DNA of 64,000 bases, taken from assembly GCA_965205675.1 (NCBI GenBank), contig OZ242186.1, forward strand, positions 1,536,001 through 1,600,000, written 5' to 3'. The translations under genes and the position numbers were made by a program. Positions 19,905 through 31,097 of this stretch are shown one piece after another. This DNA is from Nitrosopumilus sp. GTDB lineage: Archaea; Thermoproteota; Nitrososphaeria; Nitrososphaerales; Nitrosopumilaceae. Below the pieces are notes generated by a model, which saw only the letters and a list, made by a program, of their open reading frames with translations, was not told where the DNA came from and ran no database searches. Each line of letters begins with the position of its first letter. Position 1 is the stretch's first letter.

Positions 19905-20276
19905 ATGGAAAACATGATAATAAATCATCTGCATGATCTTTATGGGTTAAATCCACACATACCACATCTAGCATTTCAATTCCCCAGATTGCCTCCAGGA
20001 TTATCAAACCCTATGTTCAAAATCCAAGAGAACCCCATGAAGAAACAATTCTTACAAAATGCAGATAATATGGCTCAAAAATTAAAAGGATTCCAACACA
20101 TGTATCAGCAATATGCCGCAGGTCTACTTACTATGAATTCAACCGTGATTCCTCCAGGCCATCCGGCATACACTAGACAAAATTCCATAGAAACATTGCA
20201 AACTGAAAATGATAAACTGTTAAAAGAAAATTTAGAATTAAAGAAGAAATTAGGAAAAGAGACAAATTCTAAATAA
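19905..20276 (+). CDS. Hypothetical protein with C-terminal coiled coil
   Basis: 123-aa ORF ending IETLQTENDKLLKENLELKKKL. Confidence 0.7.
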   Translation: MENMIINHLHDLYGLNPHIPHLAFQFPRLPPGLSNPMFKIQENPMKKQFLQNADNMAQKLKGFQHMYQQYAAGLLTMNSTVIPPGHPAYTRQNSIETLQTENDKLLKENLELKKKLGKETNSK

Positions 20277-20342
20277 ATTCTATTTTAATCTTGAAAATTA
20301 TAATCGCCAATACTCTTATTAATTTCAAAGAATAGTTTTATC

Positions 20343-20729
20343 ATGGCTAAAACTCCTGCAGACAAGTGGAAAGAAGCAGTCACCAAATATAGAAAGCAAT
20401 GCCAAAACATCTTAAAAATCTCTACAAATATCAGATATGCAGGAATTGTAAATGTATATGGTAGAACGATAACAGGAATTGTCAAACCTAATTTAAAACC
20501 TTTATTAAAATCAGAACAAGTTAAGAATGAATTTTTTATAATTTCAACTTTGATGTCTTTGAGAAAAGAGACTGTCAAGATTGTAGGAAAGTTAGAACAT
20601 ATTATTTTACAACATCAAAAAGTCACAATTATTATTTTACAGAAAAACAACATGACATACTATATTTCAATTAATAAAAAAGAAAAAGGCTCGGAGAAGA
20701 TTATCTCATCAATTAAAAAGATAATCTAA
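20343..20729 (+). CDS. Roadblock/profilin-like hypothetical protein
   Basis: IRYAGIVNVYGRTITG...VGKLEHIILQHQKV pattern. Confidence 0.7.
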   Translation: MAKTPADKWKEAVTKYRKQCQNILKISTNIRYAGIVNVYGRTITGIVKPNLKPLLKSEQVKNEFFIISTLMSLRKETVKIVGKLEHIILQHQKVTIIILQKNNMTYYISINKKEKGSEKIISSIKKII

Positions 20730-21139
20730 GCTGGTGTAAATCCTTGATATCCACCTGTTTGCTCAGCTTTATCATCAAAACTTGGCTCAAATAAGGAAAT
20801 AAGATAAGCATCAGGATCTAAAATTACAGCATTTTTTCCTGCTTCTTTTTCAATAATATCACGATGAATCGTTATTCCTTTTGCTCTTAATTCCTCAACG
20901 GCGGATTTTACATCGCCTACAAGAAAACCTATAGTGATTCCGTTTTCAATAGAACTGCCAATATGTTGTGCAGTCAACGATGCTGGATGTAAACTCAATA
21001 AAGCACCAGAAGTACCCAAATCAATCCAGGATCTTCTCTGACTTTTGATTGGAAGTCCTATGATTTCATGGTAGAATTGTAGAGATTTGTCAATATCACT
21101 TACAGCTAAAATGACATTGCCTACCTTTTTGATGTTCAC
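20726..21139 (-). CDS. VOC/glyoxalase family protein
   Basis: VILAVSDIDKSLQFYHEIIGL, ILDPDAYLISL. Confidence 0.88.
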   Translation of the reverse strand: MNIKKVGNVILAVSDIDKSLQFYHEIIGLPIKSQRRSWIDLGTSGALLSLHPASLTAQHIGSSIENGITIGFLVGDVKSAVEELRAKGITIHRDIIEKEAGKNAVILDPDAYLISLFEPSFDDKAEQTGGYQGFTPA

Positions 21140-21175
21140 ACGTATGGTAAGATCAAAGTTCTTTAAATCAATTGC

Positions 21176-21394
21176 TCATTGAACTTCAACCATAGTTTCA
21201 GTTCTATCTACACCATTAATTTTCTGAATTTGATTGGCCACTTCTTTGATTTGTACTAGTTCTTTAACATCTATTATGGCAACTGCATCAAACTGTCCAC
21301 TAGTTGGAAATGAATCTGTAACTGTAGAAATTTTTCTCAATCTTGCAGCAATTAGTTTTTTAGGAGATTTGACTAAAATGATTGCCCTTACCAT
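21176..21394 (-). CDS. Stand-alone Lrp/AsnC ligand-binding (RAM) domain
   Basis: TSGQFDAVAII...IQKINGVDRTETMV. Confidence 0.82.
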   Translation of the reverse strand: MVRAIILVKSPKKLIAARLRKISTVTDSFPTSGQFDAVAIIDVKELVQIKEVANQIQKINGVDRTETMVEVQ

Positions 21395-21627
21395 CCCATG
21401 TTAACCTCCACTTCAATTAATGTTTCAGTTGTGACAATGTCTTTGATTTTCTTAAAATCGATAACCATATTGTTAATTTCATCAATATTGCCTTGTAATA
21501 GTACACTTATGTCAGCCCTACCTGCTACAACCATAATCTGTTTTACAATTCTTCGTTTTTTCTTTAAAATATCTACAACTGAATCGACTGTACCAGGTTT
21601 AACAATAATCAAACATAATGCACGCAT
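21388..21627 (-). CDS. Stand-alone Lrp/AsnC ligand-binding (RAM) domain
   Basis: VAGRADISVLL...IKDIVTTETLI. Confidence 0.82.
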   Translation of the reverse strand: MRALCLIIVKPGTVDSVVDILKKKRRIVKQIMVVAGRADISVLLQGNIDEINNMVIDFKKIKDIVTTETLIEVEVNMGW

Positions 21628-21661
21628 ATATTCTATACATTACCTAATCTGATAAAGATTT

Positions 21662-22054
21662 CTAGTCAAATGCTTCCTGAGAACGTGCTTCTTCAAGATA
21701 GGCTCTTCTCTCCTCATTAACTTTTTCTTGATCAATTTCAATATCATCATCTACTATGACTATGCCCATATCCCCAAGGGGTTCATTTTTACCTTTTTTT
21801 GTTTTTGCTTTTGATTTGGTACCTTTTGTGGGTTTTGCTTTTGATTTGGTACCTTTTGTGGGTTTTGCTTTTGATTTGGTACCTTTTGTGGGTTTTGCTT
21901 TTGATTTGGTACCTTTTGTGGGTTTTGCTTTTGATTTGGTACCTTTTGTGGGTTTTGCTTTTGATTTGGTACCTTTTGTGGGTTTTGCTTTTGATGTTGC
22001 TTTTTTAGCAGGTGTTTTTTTCACTTTTTTCTTTGTAGCTTTTTTTTCAGCCAT
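21662..22054 (-). CDS. Lys/Ala/Thr/Pro-rich histone-H1-like protein with acidic C-terminus
   Basis: (KAKPTKGTKS)x6 followed by IVIVDDDIEIDQEKVNEERRAYLEE. Confidence 0.75.
   Translation of the reverse strand: MAEKKATKKKVKKTPAKKATSKAKPTKGTKSKAKPTKGTKSKAKPTKGTKSKAKPTKGTKSKAKPTKGTKSKAKPTKGTKSKAKTKKGKNEPLGDMGIVIVDDDIEIDQEKVNEERRAYLEEARSQEAFD
21803..21995. repeat. 6.4 x 30-bp perfect tandem repeat
   Basis: Unit TTTTGCTTTTGATTTGGTACCTTTTGTGGG. Confidence 0.97.
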
Positions 22055-22110
22055 GAATGTCGAAAATCAAGAGGGCATGGTGACTTTTAAAGATTATGCA
22101 GAATTAATTT

Positions 22111-23157
22111 TGTTATCTTTTCCGGAAATTATTTCACCCCTTAACTAGGAGAGCATCATTCCCATACTATCGTATGCGTGGGTATCGTGGTATACCTATG
22201 GTAAAGTTAGATGAGAATAAGATCAGGTGGATTATACAATCTAAAAATGAAAAAGTCAAGAATTTAGATATTTCAGTAATCCTCAAGATAACGCCTAGAA
22301 GAGTACAACAAGTCTACTCTCAGTACAAAAAAACCAAAAAGATTCCCACACTCAAAAGGCCAGGGCGTCCAAAAAAGCCAGTCACTGTACACGAGATAGA
22401 GCTAGTCAAACAAGTTCAAGAAAAATACCACACAAACGCACTATGCCTTGAGAAAATCATATCAAAATTGTGCAATACCAAGATAAACCACAATCGCATC
22501 CACAAGATTATGCTAGATGAAGGATTATCAGTTGAGCAACCACGGAAAAAGATGAGAAGAAAGTGGATTAGGTATGAACGTGAATATTCAAATTCATTGT
22601 GGCATACTGACTGGCACACAATACATGATTCACGTTGGGCAGGAAAACAACTAATTGCATTTGAAGATGATGCCTCACGATTTATCACGGGTTTCGGAGT
22701 GTATGATGAGGCAACATCTGTGAATTCTTCTGCAGTACTATCTGATGCAATAAAGAATCACGGTAGACCAGCATCTGTACTATCTGATAATGGAAAACAG
22801 TTCACATCAAATGTCAATACTCTTGATCATAACAAGCCAGTAGACTTTGAGCAGCAACTAATGAGACATCACGTAAAGCACTCTCGTACAAGAGTGAGAC
22901 ATCCACAAACAAATGGTAAGCTAGAAAAGTTCTGGGATATCTTTGAGTGTAAAATAGAATACTTTGAGTCAGTGGAGCAGTTTATGCATTGGTACAATCA
23001 CATTAGAGTTCATGGCGCACTAGACTTGGATAACATGGAGACACCATCTGATGCGTATCACTCTAAGATGATAACAAACGAAATACTCATAGACCCAAGT
23101 ATTCTATGGAGGAATTACTCATGAAAGTGACACGAAATAATTTTTGGAAAGAACACA
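22111..23157 (+). mobile_element. IS481-family element (transposase about 22198-23124)
   Basis: TGT...ACA ends with imperfect IR; rve core WHTDWH, SDNGKQF, PQTNGKLEKF; TSD GAATTAATTT, with the right copy split by IS66. Confidence 0.9.
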
Positions 23158-23166
23158 GAATTAATT

Positions 23167-24556
23167 GTAACTGTCTAGAGTTTTGAAGTACTTTCTTTAA
23201 TATTTTTTATCTATATCTTTTCTGATCAGTGACAAATTACAATATACAATTGTCAGTATATGATGAGCTGGAATATTATCGTAACAGATGTCGCTCGCTG
23301 GAGCAAGAAAACCGTCAGTTACACAGAGAAATTGCAGAACTAAAACAAACAGTGTCTACACTTGTTGCAAGAAATATCAAAGCAAAACCAAACAAGACTG
23401 AAACTGCAAAAAAGAAGAAAACATCAAGACATCCTAGAAAAAGCAGAAGCAGACGGGCACACATTGATGATGCCATTACAGTTGACCAAAAAGAGTGCAA
23501 CACATGTGGCAAATCACTCTCAGAACCAACTGATTCATACACCAGAATAGTAGAAGACATCATTCCTGCAAAAGCAGTTGTGACAAAATATACGATAGTT
23601 AGACGATACTGCACAAACTGCAAAAAACAAATCTCAGGTAACATTCACACTGTACTGTCAAATGAAAGGTTTGGAATTAGGCTCATGGTGCTAATCATAT
23701 CACTGAAAACTATCGGATTATCGTATGGTAAAATATCTCATCTTTTGCAGATGCTCTTCTCACTGCACATTACAGAATCTGCAATTAATCATGCAGTATC
23801 AATAGTATCAAAAGCATTTGGGAGCAGATATGATACAATGATTGTAGAGTTAAAAGAAGATCTAAACATACATGGTGATGAGACAAGTTGGAGGATAGAT
23901 GGCCAGAACCACTGGTTGTGGGCATTTGTGAGTAAATGGACTGTAATTTACGAGATTGACAAATCACGTTCAATGGATGTTCCCAAGAGAATTCTCAAGG
24001 GATATGATGGCAACATTACAAGTGATTCGTACCCTGCATGGAACCATGTTGGAAGCACTCACCAGAAATGTCACATCCATTATCTCAGAGAGGTTAATGA
24101 TACCATTAATCACAAGAATCCCGGACCAGAATTTGCACCATTTGCCAAGAATCTCAAGAAAATAATTTATGACTCTCATGGTGTGGCAAAAATAAAATCA
24201 GAATCAGAAAGAATCCATGCAAAAAAGAATCTTGAAAGGAGAATTAATCACATCATATCAAAAAAATACACAGAGAAAAACTGTATCAGGTTTGTAAAAA
24301 GATTGAAACGTGAGAGAAAAATGCTTTTTACATTCCTAATTACTGGAACTGATTCACACAATAACACAGCAGAGAGGGCAATCAGACCAAATGTGATAAT
24401 TCGTAAAATTACAAACGGTCATAGAACCATTCATGGTGCTGATTCTCATAAGATACTGATGAGTATAAAGGAGACATGCAGATTACGAGGATTAAACTTT
24501 CATGATTATTCTTTAGAATATCTTGGAGATTTTACTTCAAAACTCTAGACAGTTAC
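23167..24556 (+). mobile_element. IS66-family element with a single ORF (ISBst12-like); transposase 23229-24548
   Basis: Perfect 24-bp TIR GTAACTGTCTAGAGTTTTGAAGTA; 8-bp TSD AATTAATT; zinc finger, DETSW, QKCHIHYLRE, HNNTAERAIR. Confidence 0.95.
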
Positions 24557-24931
24557 AATTAATTTTGTATCAAGTCGGACATATTTTATCGATCAAAATA
24601 GCCATCGGAGTTGACAAATAACACATAATTCACTTTATCATATAATGTCCAAATATCATTTTCATATAGAAATGAAGTGAAACAGCAAAATTGGCAGATT
24701 ATTAGATAATAGAGAACAGTGCATCATTAGTTAAAATTGAAGATCAGCTCGGGACAATCACATTTGTAAGAAATTCCAACTATACACAAGGAAGGACAAC
24801 CACGCCAAGAATAAAGATCACAACTAAAAATGTTTAAAGTGGATGGAAATCAAGCTAGCAAATTTCATACCACATTAGTAATAGTCAATAAATTCAAAAA
24901 TGACAGACTTTGAGAAGACATTAACAATAGA

Positions 24932-26251
24932 CAGTAGATGGGAAAGTAACTCAAGTTACACATTCTAGAAAATAATTATTTTTGTTATTTCTAAAATAAT
25001 GAATAATTATCTTTACAAAGAAATATTTGAGAATTTCAATTGATATTATTGGTTTGTGATTTTGTACATTAGTTTCTTCTGAGATAATCAAATTAGCAAT
25101 TATCCATGCATTGTACAAAATCAATGAATAGTAGAAATACAACAATCTTATGGATTGGTTTGAACTGGTGGTTTTTGGTCTGAACCTTCCCACACATGCA
25201 TAGCCTGTTTCAATCCCCCAACGTTTCTTGTAATCAGTTGGAATGTTTTGTATGTTATATGATATTTCTTTTGGTGAAATATTTGTTGCAAACACAACAT
25301 ACTGATCAATAATATCTGATTTTTTTCTTGCATTTTTGTTTGGTAGAATAACTAGATTAAATGATTCTACATGTCCTGATGATGATTTTATTGTGTATGG
25401 CGAGATTGACTTTCTATCTCCATTAACGTATTGTACAATTGCATCTTTGATTCGAGAATTCTTTTTTGCAGGCATTAGAAATTTCAGATTCTTTTGTTTT
25501 ATTTCTGAAATTGTTCCAGCTGTGAAAAACTCCCTATCCACTAGCAATAGTTTAATCTTGATTCCATTATTGATGCCATCAGAGAGTAATTTACGCACAA
25601 AATCGGCATTTGATTTGTTGTCATACAAAGGATAACAACCTAATTGAGCCCTGATTCTTTTTTCAACGCACTGCATGGTGCAGTAACTCTCAAAATGAGT
25701 AGTACTGTTTTTTGATTTTGATTTTATTAAAGAATGGTTTGGCAATTTGTCATATCTTGGGATTAGATGTTTGTCAATTGCTACAGTAACTGGTTGTTCC
25801 AATACTCCCAGTTCTTGTAATTTTGATACTGTACTATCTAGTGACTGATGTAATTGAATTTGCATTGTTTTTTGTGATATTTTTGATATGATTTTTCTCA
25901 ACCATGAAACCAGTTGGAGAATGATTCTGGGATTCCATTGCCAGTCTCTTTAATCCAGATTCAGAGTATGAATTTCCCAAACACAATGACATGACAGAAT
26001 TATGTGCATCTGCATTGTGGAACCGTGAGTTATTTTTACTAGAGCATGGAAACAATAAGATATTGTACATTATTTTAGTGATAATCTCAAATGCTTTAGA
26101 TAGTATCACGCCTTGGCGTGTCATGGTATCAAATGAAGTACAATGCATATTTGATGGAGTGACATACTTCCATCAAGCTTTTTCTATCTGAATAGATTGA
26201 TTGAATAATTGATAGTTTTTGATCTAAATTGAGTTACTTTCCCATCTACTG
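24932..26251 (-). mobile_element. ISH3-family element; transposase split by a frameshift (25834-26148 and 24951-25901)
   Basis: 23-bp TIR CAGTAGATGGGAAAGTAACTCAA; 5-bp TSD ATAGA; AIDKH, VDREF, YKKRWGIETGY. Confidence 0.92.
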
Positions 26252-26451
26252 ATAGACAAATATCTTCAGGTCTCGTCAAATGTGTATCTAAAAAAATCAG
26301 CGTGGTAATTTTTAGAGGAACTTCATGTAATCCAAAACAAGATTTTCAAATACATCCCAATTGTAAAGAAAGGTGAAAGTAAGAGCAATTGTTGACAGAT
26401 ATGCCGATTTTAAAAATAATAAAATCTGAAAAAATTATGTTAAAAGTGATA

Positions 26452-27597
26452 TAGTTTAGGCATATAAATTTTGAACGAATTATCAACTATTTTAACCCAA
26501 AAGATCTAGATCATAGTTTATACGTACAGAATCATGTCAAAACAAACTAAAGCATTAATGGTATCTTCAGGAAGCCATTTCATGAAAGGAACAAGCATTA
26601 ATTTTTTAAGAAAAACATGCAAGAATGAAAAAAATGCAAAAGCGAAGATAAGATTAAAGTCTGCAATACTAAGAAAACAAGATATTCCGTATTCTGTGAT
26701 ATGCGCCAGTTTGGATGTCATACCATCAACTCTGTCCTACTGGCTAAATCGAATGGATAAAGAGGGAATAACTGCATCACACCGTAAGGAATATTCTGGC
26801 TCTAGATGTTTCTTAAATAAAAAACAACTAGTGTCATTAAGAGGTGATCTAATTTCAGGTCCAGAAAAGTTTGGATTCAATCAATTCATGTGGAGTACAA
26901 GAATGGTAATTACACATGTGAATAAAAAATACAACACGCTATACTCTGCAAGAGGAATGCGTGAATTGCTGCACAGAATCGGATTCTCATCTAAAAAACC
27001 AAGACAGACTCATCACAAATCAGCCTCAAAAGAGGAACAAACCCGTTTTAAAAAAACGCAAAAAGGAGTATCAAAAAATATTCCAAATTGGGATACACCA
27101 CACTATGTCTGGACGAGTCAACAAATAAAGTAGCACCCAACATAAAGCGCGGATGGTATCTTGCAGGCAATAACATTACCACACCAATTAATTACACTCG
27201 AGAAAAATTTCAATCATTTGGTGCATTGGGCAATAACGGTGTATTTTTTTGCAGGTTCTATGATAAATCAAACACAGACTCATTTCTTGATTTTTTAGAA
27301 TCACTGCAAAAACAATTTGGTAAGAAATTGTTACTGTTTGCAGATAATGCATCATACCACAAAAGTGTCCGAGTAAAAGAATTTCTCAAAGCACCAAAAA
27401 ATAAAGTAATAATTAGATATTTTCCTGCATACACTCCAGAACTCAATCCAATTGAGATACAGTGGAGAGAAGAGAAAAATGGTAATGCCAATACATTCTT
27501 TGCAAATGGAACTGAAATGAGAAAACACATGCAGAAGAGACTAGATAATGGAGCGGTTCGAGTTGTTAAAGTGTTCAAATATTTAATGCCTTAACTA
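26452..27597 (+). mobile_element. Second, distinct IS630-family element (orfA 26534-27133, orfB about 27088-27594)
   Basis: IR TAGTTTAGGCAT/ATGCCTTAACTA; LDES, DNASYH, YTPELNPIE; slippery TTTTAAAAAAAC at 27046-27057. Confidence 0.9.
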
Positions 27598-27605
27598 CAA
27601 AACAG

Positions 27606-27679
27606 TGCCGCGGGCGGGATTTGAACGCGCGACAGCCCGGTCTTCAGCCGAGTGCTCTCCCAGGCTGAGCTACCACGGC
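27606..27679 (-). tRNA. tRNA-Phe (GAA)
   Basis: GCCGTGGTAGCTCAGCCTGGGAGAGCACTCGGCTGAAGACCGGGCTGTCGCGCGTTCAAATCCCGCCCGCGGCA folds as a cloverleaf. Confidence 0.93.
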
Positions 27680-27723
27680 ACTTAGAAAAAAAGGATTATG
27701 ATGAGGAATTAAAGTTTGCCTTT

Positions 27724-28260
27724 TTAGATCTTCCAAGAGATATCTTGGATGTTTTTTCGTTTATTGATTAAACGACCCATTACAAAAAATAGATCAGATA
27801 GTCGATTAAGGTATTTTATGCAATTAGAGTTAATTTCATCTTTTTCACTTAGATGAACCGTCTGAGATTCTGCCCTTCTTACCACTGTTCTTGCATGGTG
27901 TAATTGCGCCGCAGAGAAATCTCCTCCGGGAAGTATAAAATTAGTTAGTGTGGGCAGCTCTGATTCAAATGTATCAATATATTCTTCTAATTTTTCAACC
28001 ATTTCTAATGATACTCTATTTTTTACTTCATTCAGACGAGGATTTGAAAGATCAGCACCTACTAAAAATAGGTCGTTTTGAATTTTAGTTAAGACTATCT
28101 CAATATCCTTGTCTAGAGAATTTGTAAGAACTATTCCTAATATGGCATTAACTTCATCTACTGTTCCATATGAAGCAATTCGAGGATGGGATTTTCCTAT
28201 TCTATAATTTCCTTGCAAACTAGTATTACCATCATCTCCTGTTTTGGTGTATATTTTCAT
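27724..28260 (-). CDS. pduO: ATP:cob(I)alamin adenosyltransferase, PduO type
   Basis: MKIYTKTGDDG, FILPGG, ARTVVRRAE, YLNRLSDLFF. Confidence 0.93.
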   Translation of the reverse strand: MKIYTKTGDDGNTSLQGNYRIGKSHPRIASYGTVDEVNAILGIVLTNSLDKDIEIVLTKIQNDLFLVGADLSNPRLNEVKNRVSLEMVEKLEEYIDTFESELPTLTNFILPGGDFSAAQLHHARTVVRRAESQTVHLSEKDEINSNCIKYLNRLSDLFFVMGRLINKRKNIQDISWKI

Positions 28261-28351
28261 GATTTTCTTATTTTTAAGATTGCTATTATGTTTTCGAAAT
28301 TAATGGATATGAAAATTCATTAAGAGAAAACATTTGATATGATATAACAAA

Positions 28352-28885
28352 ATGATGATAGATTTTCTCAAAACTGCAGTCCATCTTAAAAAAATTCAAA
28401 GACAAGGATGGATTGATAAATTATCTATGAGTAATCCTGAATCCGTAGCAGATCATTCTTTTTCCATGGCAATAATAGGGATGATGGTATCAGATTTGGA
28501 AAATTATAACTCTGAGAGAATACTCAAAATGATACTGCTTCATGATTTAGCAGAATCAGAAATAGGAGATTACACCCCAGAACAAATTTCAGCGGAAAAA
28601 AAGAAAGAAATAGAAAATAAAGCATTTTTAAAAATTTTAGAAAATTTACCTAGTTCTATAAAATCACAATACTTGGAAATTTGGCAAGAATATCAAAAAC
28701 AAGATTCCTTTGAAGCAAAGATAGTAGATCAGCTAGATAGATTAGAAATGGCATTGCAAGCAAAAATATATCAAGATGAAGGATACTCGAAAGAAAAATT
28801 GCAGACTTTTTTTAATACTGCCAAAAAAGAGATAATTCATCCTAAACTAAAAGAGATATTTAGAAATATTGTAGAAGATGTGTAA
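28352..28885 (+). CDS. HD-family hydrolase (YfbR/HDDC2-like 5'-deoxynucleotidase)
   Basis: RQGW, ESVADHS, LHDLAESEIGD, DRLEM. Confidence 0.88.
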   Translation: MMIDFLKTAVHLKKIQRQGWIDKLSMSNPESVADHSFSMAIIGMMVSDLENYNSERILKMILLHDLAESEIGDYTPEQISAEKKKEIENKAFLKILENLPSSIKSQYLEIWQEYQKQDSFEAKIVDQLDRLEMALQAKIYQDEGYSKEKLQTFFNTAKKEIIHPKLKEIFRNIVEDV

Positions 28886-29105
28886 AATGTTAGATAAAAA
28901 CGAATTAATTGATGCACAAAAACAAGTCATAGGAATTTTATTTGAATTGGTTAAAAGACTCCAAGCTAACAATGATCTAGACGAAGAATATTTTCAAATA
29001 ATACTAGAGGGTGTAGAAAATAACACCCGCGTTAGTAAAATTATTAATGAGAGGGCAGAAAATAGTAAAATTATATCTAGATTGTTAGAGCAATTAGAAA
29101 TTTAG
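28878..29105 (+). CDS. Hypothetical protein
   Basis: 75-aa helical ORF overlapping the upstream stop. Confidence 0.65.
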   Translation: MCKMLDKNELIDAQKQVIGILFELVKRLQANNDLDEEYFQIILEGVENNTRVSKIINERAENSKIISRLLEQLEI

Positions 29106-29401
29106 TTGCCACAACTACAATCATCATCAGAAATAATTCTAAGATGAGCTGTTTGCAGATATTTGTCTTGTACATAATTTGCTAGATTTATTATTCTAAT
29201 TCGAGGTTCACGGGTAGTCCAACTCCCTTCATTTTCAAACCAAAATTCTATTTCATCAAGATCATATCTTTCATTTTGTTCAACAAGGTTTGTAAAAATT
29301 AGTTTAATTTCATTAATTTCTGATTCTGAGATATTTGATTTATCCTCAGTCATAGTGGTAATTTCATTTAATTTTATTATTACATTATTTGTAAGAGGCA
29401 T
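29102..29401 (-). CDS. Hypothetical protein
   Basis: 99-aa ORF ending DDDCSCGN. Confidence 0.7.
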   Translation of the reverse strand: MPLTNNVIIKLNEITTMTEDKSNISESEINEIKLIFTNLVEQNERYDLDEIEFWFENEGSWTTREPRIRIINLANYVQDKYLQTAHLRIISDDDCSCGN

Positions 29402-29475
29402 GTATTTTCTTATCAGAAGATTCTATACAAATCTTTAGAAGCAAAATTGTTATAGCAACTATTTCATTGTGAATC

Positions 29476-29823
29476 ATGCAATATTTTCAGGCTTTAAAAT
29501 TAGGTCAAAAAAGAGTAGCAGAAGCAAGAGAATATCTAAACACACTGACAAATGGAAAAGCCATGCCCGCATTAGCTCTGGCAGATACTAAATCTGATGT
29601 CTGGGCTCCAGTAGGTGAAGAAAATCTATATGCCTTTGTTGATGAATCTGCAGGCTTTGTCCTAACTGATAGCAGTGGATACATACTTGCGCTAGTAGAT
29701 AAGACAGGATCATCAAAAACCATAGTTCAAGGAGTTACCGAACAACAAAAAGAGATCTTGGAAAAATCATTTGAAGCAGACAAAATTCCAAAATTTGAAG
29801 GCAAAGTAATCTTACCTGTTTAG
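29476..29823 (+). CDS. Hypothetical protein
   Basis: 115-aa ORF with typical host codon usage. Confidence 0.7.
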   Translation: MQYFQALKLGQKRVAEAREYLNTLTNGKAMPALALADTKSDVWAPVGEENLYAFVDESAGFVLTDSSGYILALVDKTGSSKTIVQGVTEQQKEILEKSFEADKIPKFEGKVILPV

Positions 29824-29873
29824 GCTTCATAAAAAACGTAAACTTTAGTTATGATATCATTTACATCTATTAA

Positions 29874-31097
29874 ATGAGCAAATTTTCTCAGGAAATCGAA
29901 GTTCAAGGTCATTTGATTGATTCTTCAATTTTGACTAAAATTTTTGATAAAATAATGGATTTGCGTGGAGAATTTCAAGTGCAAGAGATACAGATTGGTA
30001 AAAAGAAAAGAGATCAATCATTTGCAAGATTGCAACTAACAGGTAAAAACCAAAAACATCTGGATGAGATTTTAGAAACTGTATATCGTTTAGGAGCAGT
30101 ATCCAAAACTCAACAGCAGATAACATTAAAAAAATCTCCAAAAAACTATGTAATGCCAGATAATTTTTACAGCACAACTAATAATCAGACTCAAGTTTTT
30201 CACAATGACGAGTGGATTCAAGTAAAAAACATGATGATGGATAAATGTATAGTTGTTAAGGGCGACAGAGCATTTTGTGTTCCAGTAAGAGATGTGAAAA
30301 AAAATGATCAGATAATTGTTGGTGAAAAAGGTATCAAAATTACACCACCAGAGCGTCCAAGAGAAGGAGTTAATGTCTTTGAATTTATGAATAGTTCTAG
30401 CTCTAGTGAAAGACCAACTCAACATATTGCAAAGCAAGTGGCAGATGACATTTACAATACAAAAAAGAAAGGAGGGAAGATTGTGATTGTGGGAGGTCCT
30501 GCAATTGTCCATACAGGAGCTGATGATTCCGTCTCAGAATTAATAAAATCAGGATACATTGATGGGATTTTAGCAGGAAATGCACTAGCAGTACACGATA
30601 TAGAGTATGCAACACTGGGAACATCATTAGGAATGAATGTACAGAATGCAACATTGGCATATCATGGACATCGAAACCATATGGATACAGTCAATGCAGT
30701 ATTCAAGGCAGGTTCTATTGCAAATATGGTAAAAAATAAAAAATTAACTAAAGGGATTATGTATGAATGTGTTAAAAATAAAATACCTTTTGTTTTAGCT
30801 GGATCTATCAGAGACGATGGCCCATTACCGGATGTAATAACAGATGTAGTTCAAGCACAACGAGAATATAAAAAAATTCTAAAAGATGTAAGTATGGTAA
30901 TTATGATTTCAACTATGCTACATTCAATAGCAACAGGAAATATGCTTCCAGCAAATGTCAAAGTAATCGTGGTGGATATTAATCAACCTACAGTTACCAA
31001 GCTTATGGATAGAGGTACTTGGCAAGCTTTAGGGATTGTATCTGATGTAGGGGCATTTTTGCCAATGGTTGTACAACAAATTAGGAAAAAAAAATAA
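29874..31097 (+). CDS. TIGR00300 / LOR-SDH family protein (ornithine cyclodeaminase-like)
   Basis: GHLIDS, FYSTTN, GGPAIVHTG, GNALAVHDIE, AGSIRDDGPLPD, KLMDRG. Confidence 0.9.
   Translation: MSKFSQEIEVQGHLIDSSILTKIFDKIMDLRGEFQVQEIQIGKKKRDQSFARLQLTGKNQKHLDEILETVYRLGAVSKTQQQITLKKSPKNYVMPDNFYSTTNNQTQVFHNDEWIQVKNMMMDKCIVVKGDRAFCVPVRDVKKNDQIIVGEKGIKITPPERPREGVNVFEFMNSSSSSERPTQHIAKQVADDIYNTKKKGGKIVIVGGPAIVHTGADDSVSELIKSGYIDGILAGNALAVHDIEYATLGTSLGMNVQNATLAYHGHRNHMDTVNAVFKAGSIANMVKNKKLTKGIMYECVKNKIPFVLAGSIRDDGPLPDVITDVVQAQREYKKILKDVSMVIMISTMLHSIATGNMLPANVKVIVVDINQPTVTKLMDRGTWQALGIVSDVGAFLPMVVQQIRKKK

Noticed and set aside
21803-21995. 30-bp repeats as a CRISPR array
   Set aside because: Head-to-tail with no spacers, and in frame in a protein
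21756-22148. Plus-strand hydrophobic repeat ORFs (FAFDLVPFVG; LLLIWYLLWV)
   Set aside because: Antisense frames of the Lys-rich repeat gene
24565-24931. DNA between IS66 and ISH3, continuing at 26257-26450
   Set aside because: Looks like a stop-riddled pseudogene, but no family could be assigned
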